Shown here: piece by piece, positions 32,786 through 46,173 of the stretch
Position numbering within the stretch: the stretch's first letter is position 1
Layout of the letters: each line of letters starts with the position of its first letter
Assembly (NCBI GenBank): GCA_025558095.1
Contig: JAIVFI010000002.1
Span: 868,001 to 932,000 of the forward strand
Source: Hyaloraphidium curvatum SAG 235-1
Lineage: Eukaryota; Fungi; Monoblepharomycota
Reading direction: 5' to 3'
Length of the DNA: 64,000 nt
Translations under genes and position numbers: made by a program
Notes under the pieces: model-generated
Seen by the model: only the letters and a program-made list of their open reading frames with translations
The model's database searches: none
What the model was told of the DNA's origin: nothing

Positions 32786-35700
32786 ATGCAGCCGAATCAA
32801 GCGCGCCCGCCGGGCGTGCCCCCCGCGGGAATGCCGCCGCCCGGCGCGCCGCGGCCGCCCGGTGCGTTCGGTGCCCGCGCGCCGCGCCCGACTGACGCGT
32901 CTCCGGCAGGCGCACCCGCCGGCACCCCCCCGCCCGGCTACGCCCCGCGCCCGCCGACGCCCGGCGCGCCCGCACCGCGCCCGCCCGCGCCGCGCCCCGC
33001 GGGGGTGCCGCCGGCGGGGATGGCGCCCGGCGCGGCAGCAGGGCCGGGTGCACCCCGCCCGCGTCCGCCCAGCCAGCCTCCAGTGGCGGGCCAGCCGGGG
33101 GCGCCGAGGCCGGGCGTGCCGTACCCGCAGCAGGCACAGCCGCAGCAGGCCCCCGCGCAGCAGCTCCCCCCGCAACCCCCGATGCCCGCACCGTACGGTC
33201 AGCCCCAGTACCAGCAGCCGACCCAGCTCCCCGGCCAGCCCCCGCAAGGCAGCCCGTACCAGCCGTACCAGCAGCTGCCCGCGGACGGCGCGGCCTACGC
33301 CATGGCACAGAACGCTTCGCCTGTGTCGCCGGCGACCCCGCCCGCAGCTGGCGCCCCGCACGCCTCGAAATCCAGGCGCGCCTACGCGCCCGCCGCCTAC
33401 GGCGCCCAGTCGGCGGACCCGTATGCGCAGCCCGGCGGGGCACCGTACGGCGCGCAGCCCGGGTACGGCGGGGTGCCGCAGCCGGGCCCCGCGCCGGGCA
33501 TGGTGCCCGGGATGGTGCCTCCCGTGTCGGCCCCTGGCGTGCCAAACGGATCCGGGTACCCGCAGATGCCCGTGCCGGGGGCGCAGCTGCAGCAACAGCC
33601 CCAAGCGCCGCAGTTCTTCACGCCCGGGGACGCAGGCGCCGGCCCGGCGATCCCGGGCGCGCAGCCGCAGATGGGCCAGCAGTTTGGCGGTGCGGGTCCC
33701 CAGTTTGGCGCCCCCGCGCCGCAGTTTGGCGGGGCCCCGGCGTACGGCGGGGCCGCGCCGGGTCAGCCCATGCAGCCCCAGGCCGGCGTGAACCAGATCA
33801 CGCAGGGCATGGCAAACATGTCGATGGCGGTGGGCATCCGAGGCCACTGCTTTGATTTCCTCTCGTTCTCATCGGTTTCCTGCCTCGCAGCCGCGGAGCG
33901 TACCGGCCGTCTCGCTCTTCAACATGCCGCCTTTCCCGCAGGAGCTCGACGGCCCGCCGGCACAATCCTGGATCTCCATTTCCGTGGGTGCCGTTTTGAT
34001 TCGCCGCCGAAAACCGCCTCATCTCACCCCCTTTGCCGCCAGTCTTCCGTCTCGAACTCCGAAACAGCCAACCCCTCCGGCTCCTACAAGTGCTGCACCA
34101 TCAACGCCGTCCCCTCGACCCAGGCCGTCCTCACCAAGTCCAAGCTCCCCTTCGGCCTCATCATCGCGCCCTACCGCAAGCTCCTCGAGGGCGAGGACCC
34201 CGTGCCGGTCATCAACCCCGAGATGATCGTGCGGTGCCGGCGCTGCCGGACCTACATCAACCCGTGGATCCAGTTCGTGGAGCAGGGGACCAGGTGGAGG
34301 TGCAACCTGTGCTACCTGACCAACGAGGTGCCCGGGTTCTTTGACTGGGACGCCGAGACGAGGCAGCATACGGACCGGATGAAGCGGCCCGAGCTGACAA
34401 ACTCGGTCGTCGAGTTTGTCGCGCCCGCCGAGTACATGGTGGGTTACTTTGCCCGGCGCCCGCCTCGCCTGCTGACGGGACCGCGTCCAGGTCCGACCGC
34501 CGCAGCCGTGCGTCTTCTTCTTCATCATCGACGTCTCGTTCGCGGCCGTGCAGTCGGGCGCCGTCGCCGTCGCCGCGCGCACCATCCTCGACTCCCTCGA
34601 TTCCCTCCCCAACTCGGACAACCGGACCAAGATCGGCTTCATGACCGTCGACAGCACCCTGCACTTTTACAACCTCGCCGTGGGTGGTCTTGGTCCTTGC
34701 AGCGCCTTGGGAAGCTGACGTCGTTCCCAGGCCAACGCGTCGGAGCCGCAGATGCTCGTCCTCCCCGACCTGGAGGAGGTCTTCCTGCCGCAGCCGGACG
34801 ACCTGCTCGTGAACCTGACCGAGTCGAGAAAGACGGTCGAGGCGCTGCTGTCCAAGCTGGGGGACATGTTCCGGTCGACGCACAACGCGCAGAACGCGCT
34901 GGGGACGGCGCTGCAGGCGGCGTACAAGCTGCTGGTGGGTGTCAGCAACCCCATTTCCTTTGCACGCTCTGACGGCCCTGGCAGCTTCCGATCGGCGGCA
35001 AAATCGTGGTCCTCAATTCGACGCTGCCCAACGTGGGCCAGGGCATCCTCAAGCCGCGCGAAGACCCGAAGCTGTACGGCACCTCGAAGGAGTCGCAGCT
35101 GCTGCAGCCCGCCATTCCCTTCTACAAGACGCACGCCGTGGACTGCTCGCGTGCCCAGATCAGCATCGACATGTGGCTCTTTGGCGGGACCTACGAGGAC
35201 GTGGCGACGCTGAGCACGTGCTCCAAGTTCACGGGCGGCGCGTGCTTCTTCTACCCGGCATTCAACGCCGCGCGGACCGAGGACGCGATCAAGTTCGCGA
35301 CCGAATTCTCCCACTTCCTCTCCAAACCGCTGGGGCTCGAGGCGGTGCTCAGGGTCCGCGCCTCCAAGGGCATCCGCATGACGGCCTTCCACGGCAACTT
35401 CTTCCTCCGCTCCACCGACCTCCTCGCCCTCCCCAACGTGAACCCGGACGCCGCCTACGCCGTCGAGTGCGAGATCGAGGAGGCGATCCAGTCCCCCGTG
35501 GTGTGCTTCCAGACCGCGGTGCTGCACACGAGCAGCAACGGCGAGCGCCGCATCCGCGTCATCACCACGGCGCTGCCCGTGACGACCAACCCCATGGACC
35601 TGTTCGCGTCGGCCGACGTCAAGGCCATCGCGGGGCTGCTGGCCAAGAAGGCCGTGGACAGGGCGCTGACTGCCAGGTTGGAGGACGCGAGGGACGCGCT

Positions 35701-36568
35701 GACCAACAAGTGCATCGACATTTTGGGGGCGTACAAGTCGACCTTTGGCAGCAACCAGGGCGGGCAGCTGGTGGTCAGCGAGAACCTGAAGCTGCTGCCC
35801 CTGGTGACGCTCGGGACCATCAAGAACGTGGGTTACCGCGGGCGTGGTGCCGAACCGTCCAACTGACCTCTTTCCAGATCGCGTTCCGGGCCGGCGCCTC
35901 GGTCCCCAGCGACGTCCGCTCGCAGATGCTCGGCCTGCTTTACATGCTCCCCGTCGAGATGTGCATCGCGTCGATCGTGCCCAAGTTCTACGCGCTGCAC
36001 ACGCTGCCGCCGGAGGTGGGCAGCCATGCGGCAGGCACCCCGCCCGAAAAGCTCGCTGACTTGTATTTCAGGCTGGACAACCGGACCCCGCAACGGGTTT
36101 CATCGTCATGCCGCCGCTCCTCAACTGCAGCAGCGAACGGATCGAGCGCCACGGGGCCTACCTGCTGGAGAACGGGTATGAGATCTTTCTGTGGCTTTCG
36201 CGGGGCACGTCGCCGGAGCTGGTGGCGGCGCTCTTTGACAAGCCTTACGACGCCATGGCCACTGGCAAGGTTGGTCGTCCCGCGCATCTCGCGCCTGTCC
36301 ATTCTGACCCCGCTCGCTCCACCAGATCACCTTGCCGGTGCTCCAGAATTCGTACAACCAGCAGGTCAACAACATCGTCGCCAAGATCCGCCGGACGCGG
36401 CTGACGATGGCTACGTCGTTCCCGACGCTGTACCTCGTCAAGGAGGATGGGGACCCGGCGATGAGGATGTGGTTCCTCTCGCACATGATGGAGGACCGGA
36501 CGGACGGGGCGATGTCGTACCCGCAGTTCCTCGGCCACCTGCGGGAGGCGGTGGCAAAAGTGAACTAG
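32786..36568 (+). CDS. SEC24: COPII coat cargo adaptor Sec24; multi-exon
   Basis: Pro/Gln-rich N-terminus; [13 protein letters not shown]...WRCNLCY; [18 protein letters not shown]; [24 protein letters not shown]; MMEDR..MSYPQFL. Confidence 0.96.
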
Positions 36569-36683
36569 AGGGCGGTAGCGATTGAGGCTGTATTGCTCGG
36601 AGGAAGGGTAGATCGCTTCGCCTCTGTCCCTCGGGGGACGGGCGAGGAGAGTCTGTCTCAACAATCAGTGCACATGCGCTTGG

Positions 36684-38074
36684 ATGGACGACGACGACGA
36701 CGACTTTGAGGCCAACGATGGCTCGGAGAAGTGCGTCCGCGGAGCTCTGCATCCATCGCACGCGGTGACGTGCGGCGCGTCGCGTCCAGGTACACCAAGG
36801 AGCGGAAGATTGGGGAGGGCCAGTACGCGGTCATTTACAAAGGTCCGGCCGGCCGCGGAGCCTCCGGGCGGCCCGTGACCCCTGTGCCGCGGTCGCAGGG
36901 ACGGAGAAGAAGACGGGACGGGTCGTCGCGATCAAGAAGATAAGGATCGGACAGTTCAAGGATGGGCTGGACCTGTCTGCGGTGCGCGAGGTCAAGGCGC
37001 TGAAGGAGCTGCGGCACCCGAACGTCATCGAGGTGCCTCTCGCGTGATGGTTTGGCGTCCCTTTTCTCATTGGACGGCCGGCCGGCAGCTCGTGGACGTG
37101 TTTGCGCAGAAGCAGAACCTGAACCTCGTCCTCGAGTTCCTGGACTGCGATTTGGAGATGATCATCAAGAACAAGAGCGTCCTTTTCCACCCGGCGGACA
37201 TCAAGAGCTGGCTCATAATGATGCTGCGGGGCCTGGAGCACTGCCACAGGAACTACATCCTCCACAGGGTGTGTAGGATCTCGGCCGGCAATCTCCTTGT
37301 TTCTGACTGGCTCCGCAGGATCTGAAGCCGAACAACTTGCTCATCGCAAAAGATGGCCAGCTGAAGCTTGCCGATTTCGGTCTCGCGCGCGAGTTTGGCG
37401 ACTTCGTGGACATTGCCCGTCGCCCGATGACGGCGCAGGTTGTGACGATGTTTGTGCTTTGCCTTCCTTCCCGGCTCTTGCCCTTACCGCCCCTGTTTTA
37501 CAGCTGGTACCGTGCTCCGGAGCTCCTCTTTGGCGCGAAGCAGTACAGCTACGGGGTCGACATGTGGGCGGTCGGGTGCATCTTTGCGGAGCTGATGCTG
37601 CGGACGCCGTACCTGCCCGGCGAGGGGCAGATCAGCCAACTCACGACCATCTTCCGGGCACTCGGGACTCCGACGGAGCGGGATTGGCCGGGGATGAACC
37701 AGCTGCCCGACTTCCAGAAGTACAAACACTACCCGAGGCCGCACTTGCCGGACCTCTTCACCTCGGCGACGCCGGACGCAATCAACCTGCTCGAGTCGAT
37801 GCTGGTGTACAATCCGCACAAGCGGATCACGGCTTCGGAAGCCCTCGCACATGCGCATTTCAGGCTGGATCCGCAGCCCACGCATCCGCGTTATCTGCCA
37901 CGGATGTCGGATGAGAACAGGCACGAGGACCTCGATCATCCGGGCGGGTTCCAGCCGGACGCCGCAACGGACGGTGCGGGTGCTGGGGGCGACGGCGCGA
38001 AGCGCAAGAGGCTTGAGGAGGCGACTGTAGATGAGGGGACGCGGAAGATCGCGAAGAGACTCTTCGTCGCGTAA
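36684..38074 (+). CDS. CDK7: TFIIH kinase CDK7/Kin28; multi-exon
   Basis: IGEGQYAVIY, VAIKKIRIGQFKDGLDLSAVREVK, HRDLKPNNLL, DFGLAR..MTAQVVT, WYRAPELLFGA. Confidence 0.93.
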
Positions 38075-38528
38075 TCTAGATCGCGCAATCTAGGTTGCTT
38101 TAGCGTGGAGCGCTTAGTGGTATACCTTGGACACGCGGTGATGCGTTGCCCGCCGCTGCCGCCGCCCGGCACCGCCACCTACTCGAAAACCGAGGCCCCT
38201 TGCAAAGGAGCCAAGGCCATCGTTAGCTGGTCCGCTAAGGACGTGCTTGTGGCTACGGCGAGGCCCTCTGGCAGCGGAGCATCGGCCTTTTTCGTTGCTC
38301 GAGGCGCACCTTTATCTCGGCAGATCTCGAGAGGGGAAAGAACAAACTGCAGCGAACCAAGGATTATCTTGTGCTTTGCGGGACTAGGGCGACACTTTCG
38401 CACGTTTCTCACTTGGCGCTCATCGTCGGGTTGCGGCGCGGACAGCGGGTTCTTACCGCACGTGACCCGTTCGGACGGGTTGGTCTCTCGTCGATAGTCT
38501 CCGTCGCGGCACGGACACCTCGAGAAAG

Positions 38529-40839
38529 ATGAACTTTGACGATTTCGCGGAGCCGACGAATGGGAACGGCGTGAATGGGGGCGACGCGGGGTGGAGGTCG
38601 GTGCCCAGCGGTCGCGGCCGAGATCGTGGCGGGCGGCGGGGCAACCCAGACCGCGGGCGAAACTCCAAGAAGGATGACAGAGGTCTGTTCATCACTGCGA
38701 TTTACGTGTCCTTCGTCTCACATCGCACGTACCGCGGATGGGCGACATGTGGGGGATCTTGATCTTCAGGACCGTCTTTGCAGCACGTTCCGTGCAAATT
38801 CTTCATGCAGGGTCGCTGTACTGCCGGCAACAGCTGTCCCTTTTCTCATGAGCACCCGGAGAACACCGCGGTGTGCAAATGTGGGCTCATTGTCGATGCG
38901 AGACCATCAATGGTACTGATCCCCCTTTCGCCAGACTTCCTTGCCGGCACCTGCAAATATGGGAGCGGCTGCGCTCTAGCACATATCGCACCAAACGGCA
39001 CCCTTCTAAAGACCAAGGCCACTCGGAACATCCGAAACGCCAACATCCGCGAACGTGCCGAGAGGGAGCGGGAGCAGCTGGACCAACAAGATCTCCAGGA
39101 GCTCGTGTTCAACGGCTCTGATCCCATGGGTCTCGGACCGAGCAGGCGCTCCGGCTCCATGGCTGCCTCGCCGCCGCTCGATCAGCCCTTTGGATCCCCT
39201 GCTGGTTTCCCGGGCCGGCACGGCGGCGTTGCGCGATCCGATCCCATGGATTTGCGGCAGCCCCGCCGTGGCCTTGGAGCCGGAGTTTTCAACGAAGACG
39301 ATCACGGTGGCTCGCCAGCGAGTCTGCTTCCGTCATCCCTGAGCGAGCTCTTGACCCCCATGGAGCAAATGCAGCTCAGCCGCTCACAGGAAGACAGTTA
39401 CCTCCGCAGCCGCGGTGCCTTTTTGGGCCAAGATAATCCGGTTTCGCTACTCCAATCTTCTAATGGGCCGCGCAGACTTGCTGGGTACCCGGCCCGCTTG
39501 TCGCAGAGTTACGCGCCGGGGAGGATAGTCGACGAGCAGCTCCGGCTTTACGGCAGGTCCATCCCCGAGGACATCGTTTCTTCGCCTTCTACGCGCCTCC
39601 CATACTCCCCATCGGACATGCCTGGAGCTTACCTGAAGCCGGAGCTTGTGCGCGTTGCAAGGGAAGGATCCGACGGCCCGTTGTTCGGCGGCCAGGGACC
39701 CGTTCGATCCGAACTTCCCACGCGTTCGCTTCTCTCGAGTGCGTTTGAAGGCTCGCACGGCTTGGACGAGGATTCCGGGAGGCCGTTCCAGGCACCAAAA
39801 TCCTCGGGCTTGAGCAGCACGACTTCGCCGTCGCCGACCGGACGGGGACGCGTTTCACCCGGAGAGCCTAACGGGTCGTTCATGCCGGCCGTGGAGGAAA
39901 TCGACGTGTTCAGGATGGATTCCTTGGATCCGGATCTTGATACGGAGGAGCAAATCAGGCAGACACTGCCTCCGATTTTGGCGAGCCCGACGCGGGACGC
40001 GAACAAGCCGCCCCCGCCAGTTCTTTCCTTTTCTGCCGCGGCTCGAAAAGCGCTCGGGGGCGCTACACCGGCGGAGCAGCATCAGTCGCCGGCAATGGCC
40101 GAAGCCGCCAAAGGCACTCGGAGCGTTGCCGTCGACCCACGGAAGAACACTCCTCTCTGCCCCTTTGCGGTTGCCGGAACGTGCAAAATGGGCGATCGCT
40201 GTCGTTACATCCACGGCATCGTCTGCCCGTCGTGCCACCGGGCCGTGCTCCACCCAGCAGACTCCGCTGCGGAGCACCAGGCCCACATCTTCGAGTGCGA
40301 GAAGACGGTGGGAGCAAACGAGGACGCAAAGGCAAAGCTGGAGGCCAGCAAGTCTCTCGAATGTGGGATCTGCTTCACTGAAGTGATGTCGCGCAAGGAT
40401 CCTCGATTCGGCCTGCTGCGCTGCGAGCACGCTTTCTGCATCGAGGTATGCATGACGTGACAGCACGAAAGTTGCTCCGCCTCTGACAAGTCTCCTGCAG
40501 TGCATACGCGGCTGGCGCAGCACTCATGCGCAGGACGAGCGGCTTTCCTGCCCCTCGTGCCGCGTGCCCACGCCCTTCATTACGCCCTCCACCATCTGGC
40601 TCACCGGGCCCGAGAAGGAGGCTGCGATCGAGAAGTACAAGCAGGCGCTCGGCCGGATCGAGTGCAAATGGTGGAACTATGGGCGCGGGACCTGCCCGTT
40701 CGGGACGTCGTGTTTCTACGCGCACACGGATCGCGCTGGCAACGTGGTGAAGATGGAGTTGAGGAGCGCACAAACGTCAGAGGGGACCGGCGTCGTTCTG
40801 AACGCGCCAAAACTGTCCGACTTCCTTTTTCCTGAGTAG
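38529..40839 (+). CDS. Makorin-like CCCH zinc finger + RING E3 ligase; multi-exon
   Basis: CKFFMQGRCTAGNSCPFSH, CPFAVAGTCKMGDRCRYIHG, CGICFTEV..RFGLLRCEHAFCIEC, CKWWNYGRGTCPFGTSCFYAH. Confidence 0.9.
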
Positions 40840-40902
40840 TTGGAGTGCAAAAGCAGCATTGTCGACGGAAAAGGTACATTGTAGACATAGAATGGATGTC
40901 CT

Positions 40903-42740
40903 TCACGCCTTTGGCCGCTTGAACCGATCCAACGGGCTCCACGGGACCTCGCCCTGCTGCTCGCGTTCCCGCTTGCGCTGCTCCTTTTCCCGCTCCAGCT
41001 TCTCCTTCAGCGCCTCACGTTTGGCGTCGACGACATTCTGCTGCTTCCGGAGGTATCTTCGCTGTGCCGACGACCTTCCGCGCTTCTTGAACTTCAGTTC
41101 GGGGCTTTTGGGGGTGCCGTTGGCCTCGTCTTCAACCTCCTTGATCTCCTTGACGGCTTCCGTCGAAGACGAAGCGACAGTGCCGATGAAGTCGGGGTTC
41201 AGAGTGATCATCTCGGGTTGGATCTTGTCCAACAGCTGCTTGACCTCCTTTTCCCTGCGCTGCTTCTTCGTCTGGAACGGGTTTGCTTCCAAGCTGTCGT
41301 AGTTGGGCTCTCCGGATCCCGGGACCACCACGCTGGAGATGCCGCCGGAATGGCCCAGCGCGAGAACGTCCTCGAAGGGGCAAAACTCAATGTCCACGAT
41401 CTGCTTCCCCGGTTCCAAGTGCGACATGTAGGGTGCCTTCTGCTTTTCGCGGAAAGCGTCCTTCCACACGGCAACGTGCGGCCCGTAGGAAACGGCCAAG
41501 AGTCCGCGCTGACTGATGGACAGCGCCGTGGCCGGTGTCGGGGAAAAGTACTCGTGCACGGGCTTGTAGGTCCGAACGTCCCACACCTTTAGCTGGCCGT
41601 CCAAACCGGCAGTTGCCATGTAGTTACCGCCGTTGTCGACGGCAATGGCATGCACCGGGCCCCTATGGCAGAGCATCTTGACGAGCGGTTCACTCATGTT
41701 GGGGGACCACATGGTGACCGTGCCGTTGGCGTGGCCGAGGTTGATGATGGCGTTGTGCGGATTTTGTGCCATCGTTTCGCAGCGTCCCAAGCGCGTCCGA
41801 AGCTCGGCGACAAACTGTCCCGTGGACGTGTCCTGATACCTGAGCCAACCGGCGTTGCCCTACCAAATCAAACGTCAGCCACTTCTTCACGCCGACGTAG
41901 CACTATTTGAAACGCACCACAGTCGCCAGCAGAAAGTGGTAAGGAAGGAACTCGAGCCGGTTCACGTCGATGTGCTTTCGAAGGCAGTGCAACTCGAGCC
42001 CGGTGGAGTCGTAGATGTACGTGTACTTCTTCTGCGCCACCGCGAACATGGTCTCGTTGTGGAGCCATTTCACGTCCCGCACCGTCTCGTTGAGGTGCAG
42101 TTCCGTCCCCAGCGTTCCCGTCCGCCAATCGAAGGTGCCCACGTGGCCTTTGCGGCCGCCGATGAGCATCCAGCGTCCGTTCCGGGTATAGTCCAGTCGA
42201 TACGGTCCAAGGTGGTCCAGTTGGAGGGTGAAGATCTGCCGGGAACGTTGGCCGAACGAGTCTCGGCAGCGCGAGGCGTCTAACCTTGTTGCTCGTCTCT
42301 AAATCCACGTTGGCCGCGATGTCCGCCTGCGTGACCTTATAGGTCCTTTCCATCGGTCCTTCGGCCTCCAGGAAACCGGGTTCGTCGGCCAGCAGCAGCT
42401 CCGACTGCGCGGCACGGTAGGCAGCATCGTTGGCCTTTTCCCTCGTCCGCTTCAGCTTCCTCCCCAGCTTCTTGTCGTGAGTCTGCCCGACCGCGGCCCG
42501 TCAGCTACTCCGCAGGAGGGTGAAAGCGCATTCACTGACCGTGAGCTTGTCGTCGGGGCCCCGCCGGAACTCTTGCGCCTTGGCCCGGTGCGGATTCGGC
42601 GGGAACACTTCGCCCTCGTTGAACTGGGCCACGTATTTGAGGACCTCGCTCCGCTCCTTTCGCGGCACGTCCTCCGCAACGGGTCCATCTTCCCGGGCTT
42701 TGCCCTTGCCCTTGGGCCGCGGCGGGCCCACGTCGTCCAT
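40903..42740 (-). CDS. UTP7: U3 snoRNP WD40 protein Utp7/WDR46; multi-exon
   Basis: [66 protein letters not shown] (BING4CT). Confidence 0.95.
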
Positions 42741-42834
42741 CAGCGTCGTTGTGTTTACCCCGCGTGCATGACGTGACTGTGATGATCGAGTGACAGCTCG
42801 CAGAACGCTACTCCAATCTCGACAGTCGAGCGAG

Positions 42835-43472
42835 ATGGCAGAAGGAAGGGGATCGAACTACAAATATCGCCAGAATCTCACGTTCTCGGCCAACGTGCCG
42901 AAGTTTCTGCAGGCACGCACCCCCCTGGCCGTTCCAGGCGCTGTTCCTCACCGACGCGTCTGCAGGGCTACCTCGGTCCAAAGCCTGGCGCGGACACCGA
43001 CGACGACGATCCGGACCGGCCACAGGTCTCGAAACAGCCCGAAGTGGAAGACCGTCCAGACGACGAGACGGAGAAGCCGTTGGTTGAGGTGGACCCGAGC
43101 AACTTCACGGAGGAGGAGCTCCAGGCGTTCCTGAAGGAGAACCCGGACGCGATCGTGGGCGAGGCGAAGAAGAGGAAGGATCCTTCGCAGATAAAGAACC
43201 CGCTGAAGAGGAAGATGGCCGAGGCGCAGGCCCGGAACGCCGAGAAGAAGCTCGCGAAGGAGGGCGAGAAGGACTCCAAAGCTGCTGCGGACGGCGAAGG
43301 CGACGGGGCCGGGGATTCGTCCGCGAAGGAATTGCCGCCGGTGGAGAGCAAAAGCGCCTCAACAATCGGACCGACGGCGAAAAAGGCGAAAGCCAAGCCC
43401 GCAGGGGCGTCCTCAGCGGCCGGAGTCAGAAACAAAGGGCTCCTGTCATTCGACGAAGAAGGTGAAGGCTAG
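42835..43472 (+). CDS. Small charged conserved protein (DUF4604/KIAA1143-like)
   Basis: N-terminal NLTF..VPKFLQ and C-terminal NKGLLSFDEE; probable GC-AG intron after ...FLQ. Confidence 0.65.
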
Positions 43473-43530
43473 CTACAGAAACACACCGTGCACGAGCTAC
43501 AGAGAATGATGCTCGGGCCTGCGCACTGAA

Positions 43531-45682
43531 TCACCGGCCGGGCACGCCGAACCTCCTCTCGAGCTCCCCGTGCCTCATCGACACGCGCTCAATCTGCGCA
43601 GACAGCTTGGCGACCTCAGCTTCGAGCGCCCGGATCCGCTCCTCGCTTGCGGCGCCTTCGGCCCGCTCGCGCCGGCGGCTGGCGCGACCGAGGGTCTCGA
43701 CGGCGTTGCTGACGGAACGGCGGAGGGAGTCGAAGGGACGGGAGGACGGGGCGGGGATCTGCGCCGAGACGGTGCTGCCGCGGTGGGCGGCGGTCGGGGA
43801 CGGCGGCGAGGGCGGGTCAGAAGCGTCTGCGGCGGGTCGGAAGCAGTCAGCACAGCCGGTCTATGGCTGCGACAACAAGGATGCCCACCTCTTGTTCGAC
43901 TGCGCTTGACGGGCGCCGTCCTGCTTCGCCGCACTCCCGCTGGCCCGGGCGATATCCGTCCGTCGAAAACGTCGCTTGCAGCATTGTCGGCAGGCCACAC
44001 CGGAGCCGCCTCGTCCCCTTGCGACGAAGGCGTCGGCGGCGCGACCGGGACCGTCACGGGCGAATCGTTATCGCCCTGCCCGTCCACCGTGAGCGTAAGG
44101 TTGACGGGAGGCAGGGAGCCCGCAGTCGGCGAACGCCAGGGCACGGCGGCAGTCCTGCTGCTGCCGTCCGAGCCGGGCGAGAGGAGGTAGGGAGGGAACA
44201 GCTGCAAAGAGTCCTGTCCGGTGCTGGCAAATGAGAAGGAGCGGCGACCCGAGTACGTCGGGGACGAGTCGTCGCCCCGGCGGAACGAGTCGAGCGACAT
44301 GCGGTCCGCGGCAGCGTCGTCGTGTCCGGCTGGGTGGCCGCGATCCCATTCCACGGGCGATGCCGGGCTGTCCCCGGCGATCATGAGGAACGGGCGGGAC
44401 CGCGGCGCCGTCAGCCTGCCCCAGCGCGGGTACGATTCCAGCATGAACTCGACCACCTCGGCGGCGGCCTCGAGCTCGTTCAGCCCGGCGCCGGCGAGGT
44501 CCCCCGACGAGCTGCCCGGTCCGCCCTCGCGGCCGCTGCCCTGGCGGAGGACGGTCGGCGCCAGCACCCGCGCGAGGTTCGAGGTCGTCATCTGCGTCCG
44601 GTCCGCGTTGCGGGCAATGTCGACCAGGAGCTCGAAAAGGAACTCGACGACCACCAGGTGCGCGGGAGACAGGAGGCACACGAGGCACTGCACGTAGTTT
44701 GCCCGCACGGCGTCGTCCGGGGAGACGTCCAGGGTTTGCAGGAAGTAAGGGAAGAGCTCGTTGGTAAAGAGGGGTTCGGGGACGTCGCGGAGGTACTTTT
44801 TGAGGATGGTGGCCACGTCGTGCACAGTGTAGCCGTCCCAGGACGTGTGCAGGCCGTAGGTCGGCGGCGTGTCGAATTCGGGGTACTTTGTCGCAATCCG
44901 GCGCTGTCGATAAGCAAGATTTAGCGACAGCTGGGCCACGCACATCGAGGCTCGAACGGTACCTCCGACCCGCTTATCCGGAAGATGCCCTCGGTTCGCA
45001 ACCCGGCCTCGCGGATGAAGCGGCAGCACTCGTAGACGATGATGGGCACCCTGAAGTCCGGGCTGACCGAGTTGCCGAGCGTCACCGACGCGTAGGCGAC
45101 CGACTTCTGGATCGGGGCGCCCGTGACGGTGTCTGCGGCCTTTTTCCGGACCAGGGTCGACCACCAGCGCTTCACGTCGCCGTCGCGGTCCCCGGGCGCC
45201 CGGATCGAGCGGCGGGCTGCCCTGGGCCCCGCGTTTGCCAGCAGCCAGTTGAGGCGCGCGACGGCGTGCGCCTGCAGCAGCGCCAGCTCCTGCGGCACCA
45301 GCAGGCCGTAGCACTTTGCCGCGGCGTCCGGGGGCACGGGCGGCGGCGGGTCGGGGCCCGAGGCCCGCCGCGTGCCGCGCAGCTGCCACCTCTGCTCGTC
45401 CTTGCGCGCGCCGCGCCTGCTGAGCGTGCCCGTGCCCTCGGCGTCGGCGTCGGTTGTCGGCGTCAGCGTGCCGTCATCGGTCGCGGACCCTGCAGACGCG
45501 AGCGACCACGCCGACGCGTGCGAACCCGCCGAGACGTCCAGCAGCGGCGGCGCCGGCGGGGGCGCGCACGCGGGGCCGCCGGGGGCCGCAGCGGGGGACG
45601 CCGCCGCGCCCGACCCCGCCGACCCGCCGAAGACCGACTTCAGCTTGTCGCGCCAGCTGCGCTTCCGCGTCAGCAGCGACAT
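43531..45682 (-). CDS. RhoGAP domain protein; multi-exon
   Basis: VPIIVYECCRFIREAGLRTEGIFRISGS, TVHDVATILKKYLRDVPEPLF, QMTTSNLARVLAPTVL; C-terminal coiled coil. Confidence 0.88.
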
Positions 45683-46173
45683 GGCGCACCATTCGCGGCC
45701 CCGGGAAATCGGGAGGGGCGGAGGACTGAAGGGTCAGAGCTGCCGCCGCTGTGCAAGCTGCATGCGGTCGCCCTCGCCGCTTGCATCGTCCCCCCGCCAC
45801 GTCATTCTGTGGCAACAAATCTACCGCCGGGACAAGAGTAGACGCTTCTGCAGCGTCGTTGAGGAAACCGCTCCGACGTTGGGCCAGCGCCATGCACCGT
45901 CCTGCGAAGTTGGCGATCGGACTTTGCCTGGCGGGGTGCTCCCCCCCGAATCCCGCGATCGGACGCCAGTAGCTTCTAGCTAAGATACTCGGAAGCGCAG
46001 GGAAATTGATTCCAGGCGTTCGCTTCCGCTCTTCGCGTGTGGGTGCTTGTCGGTGATCTGCCTTACTGCTCCCACGGCCTTCCCTCCTCTCTGTTTCGAA
46101 TTTGGGCTTCCCCAAGAGAGAGCCCAAAGGGGCACGCGCCCGGGAGCTCCGTCCCGCGCATTTACTCTCCGCA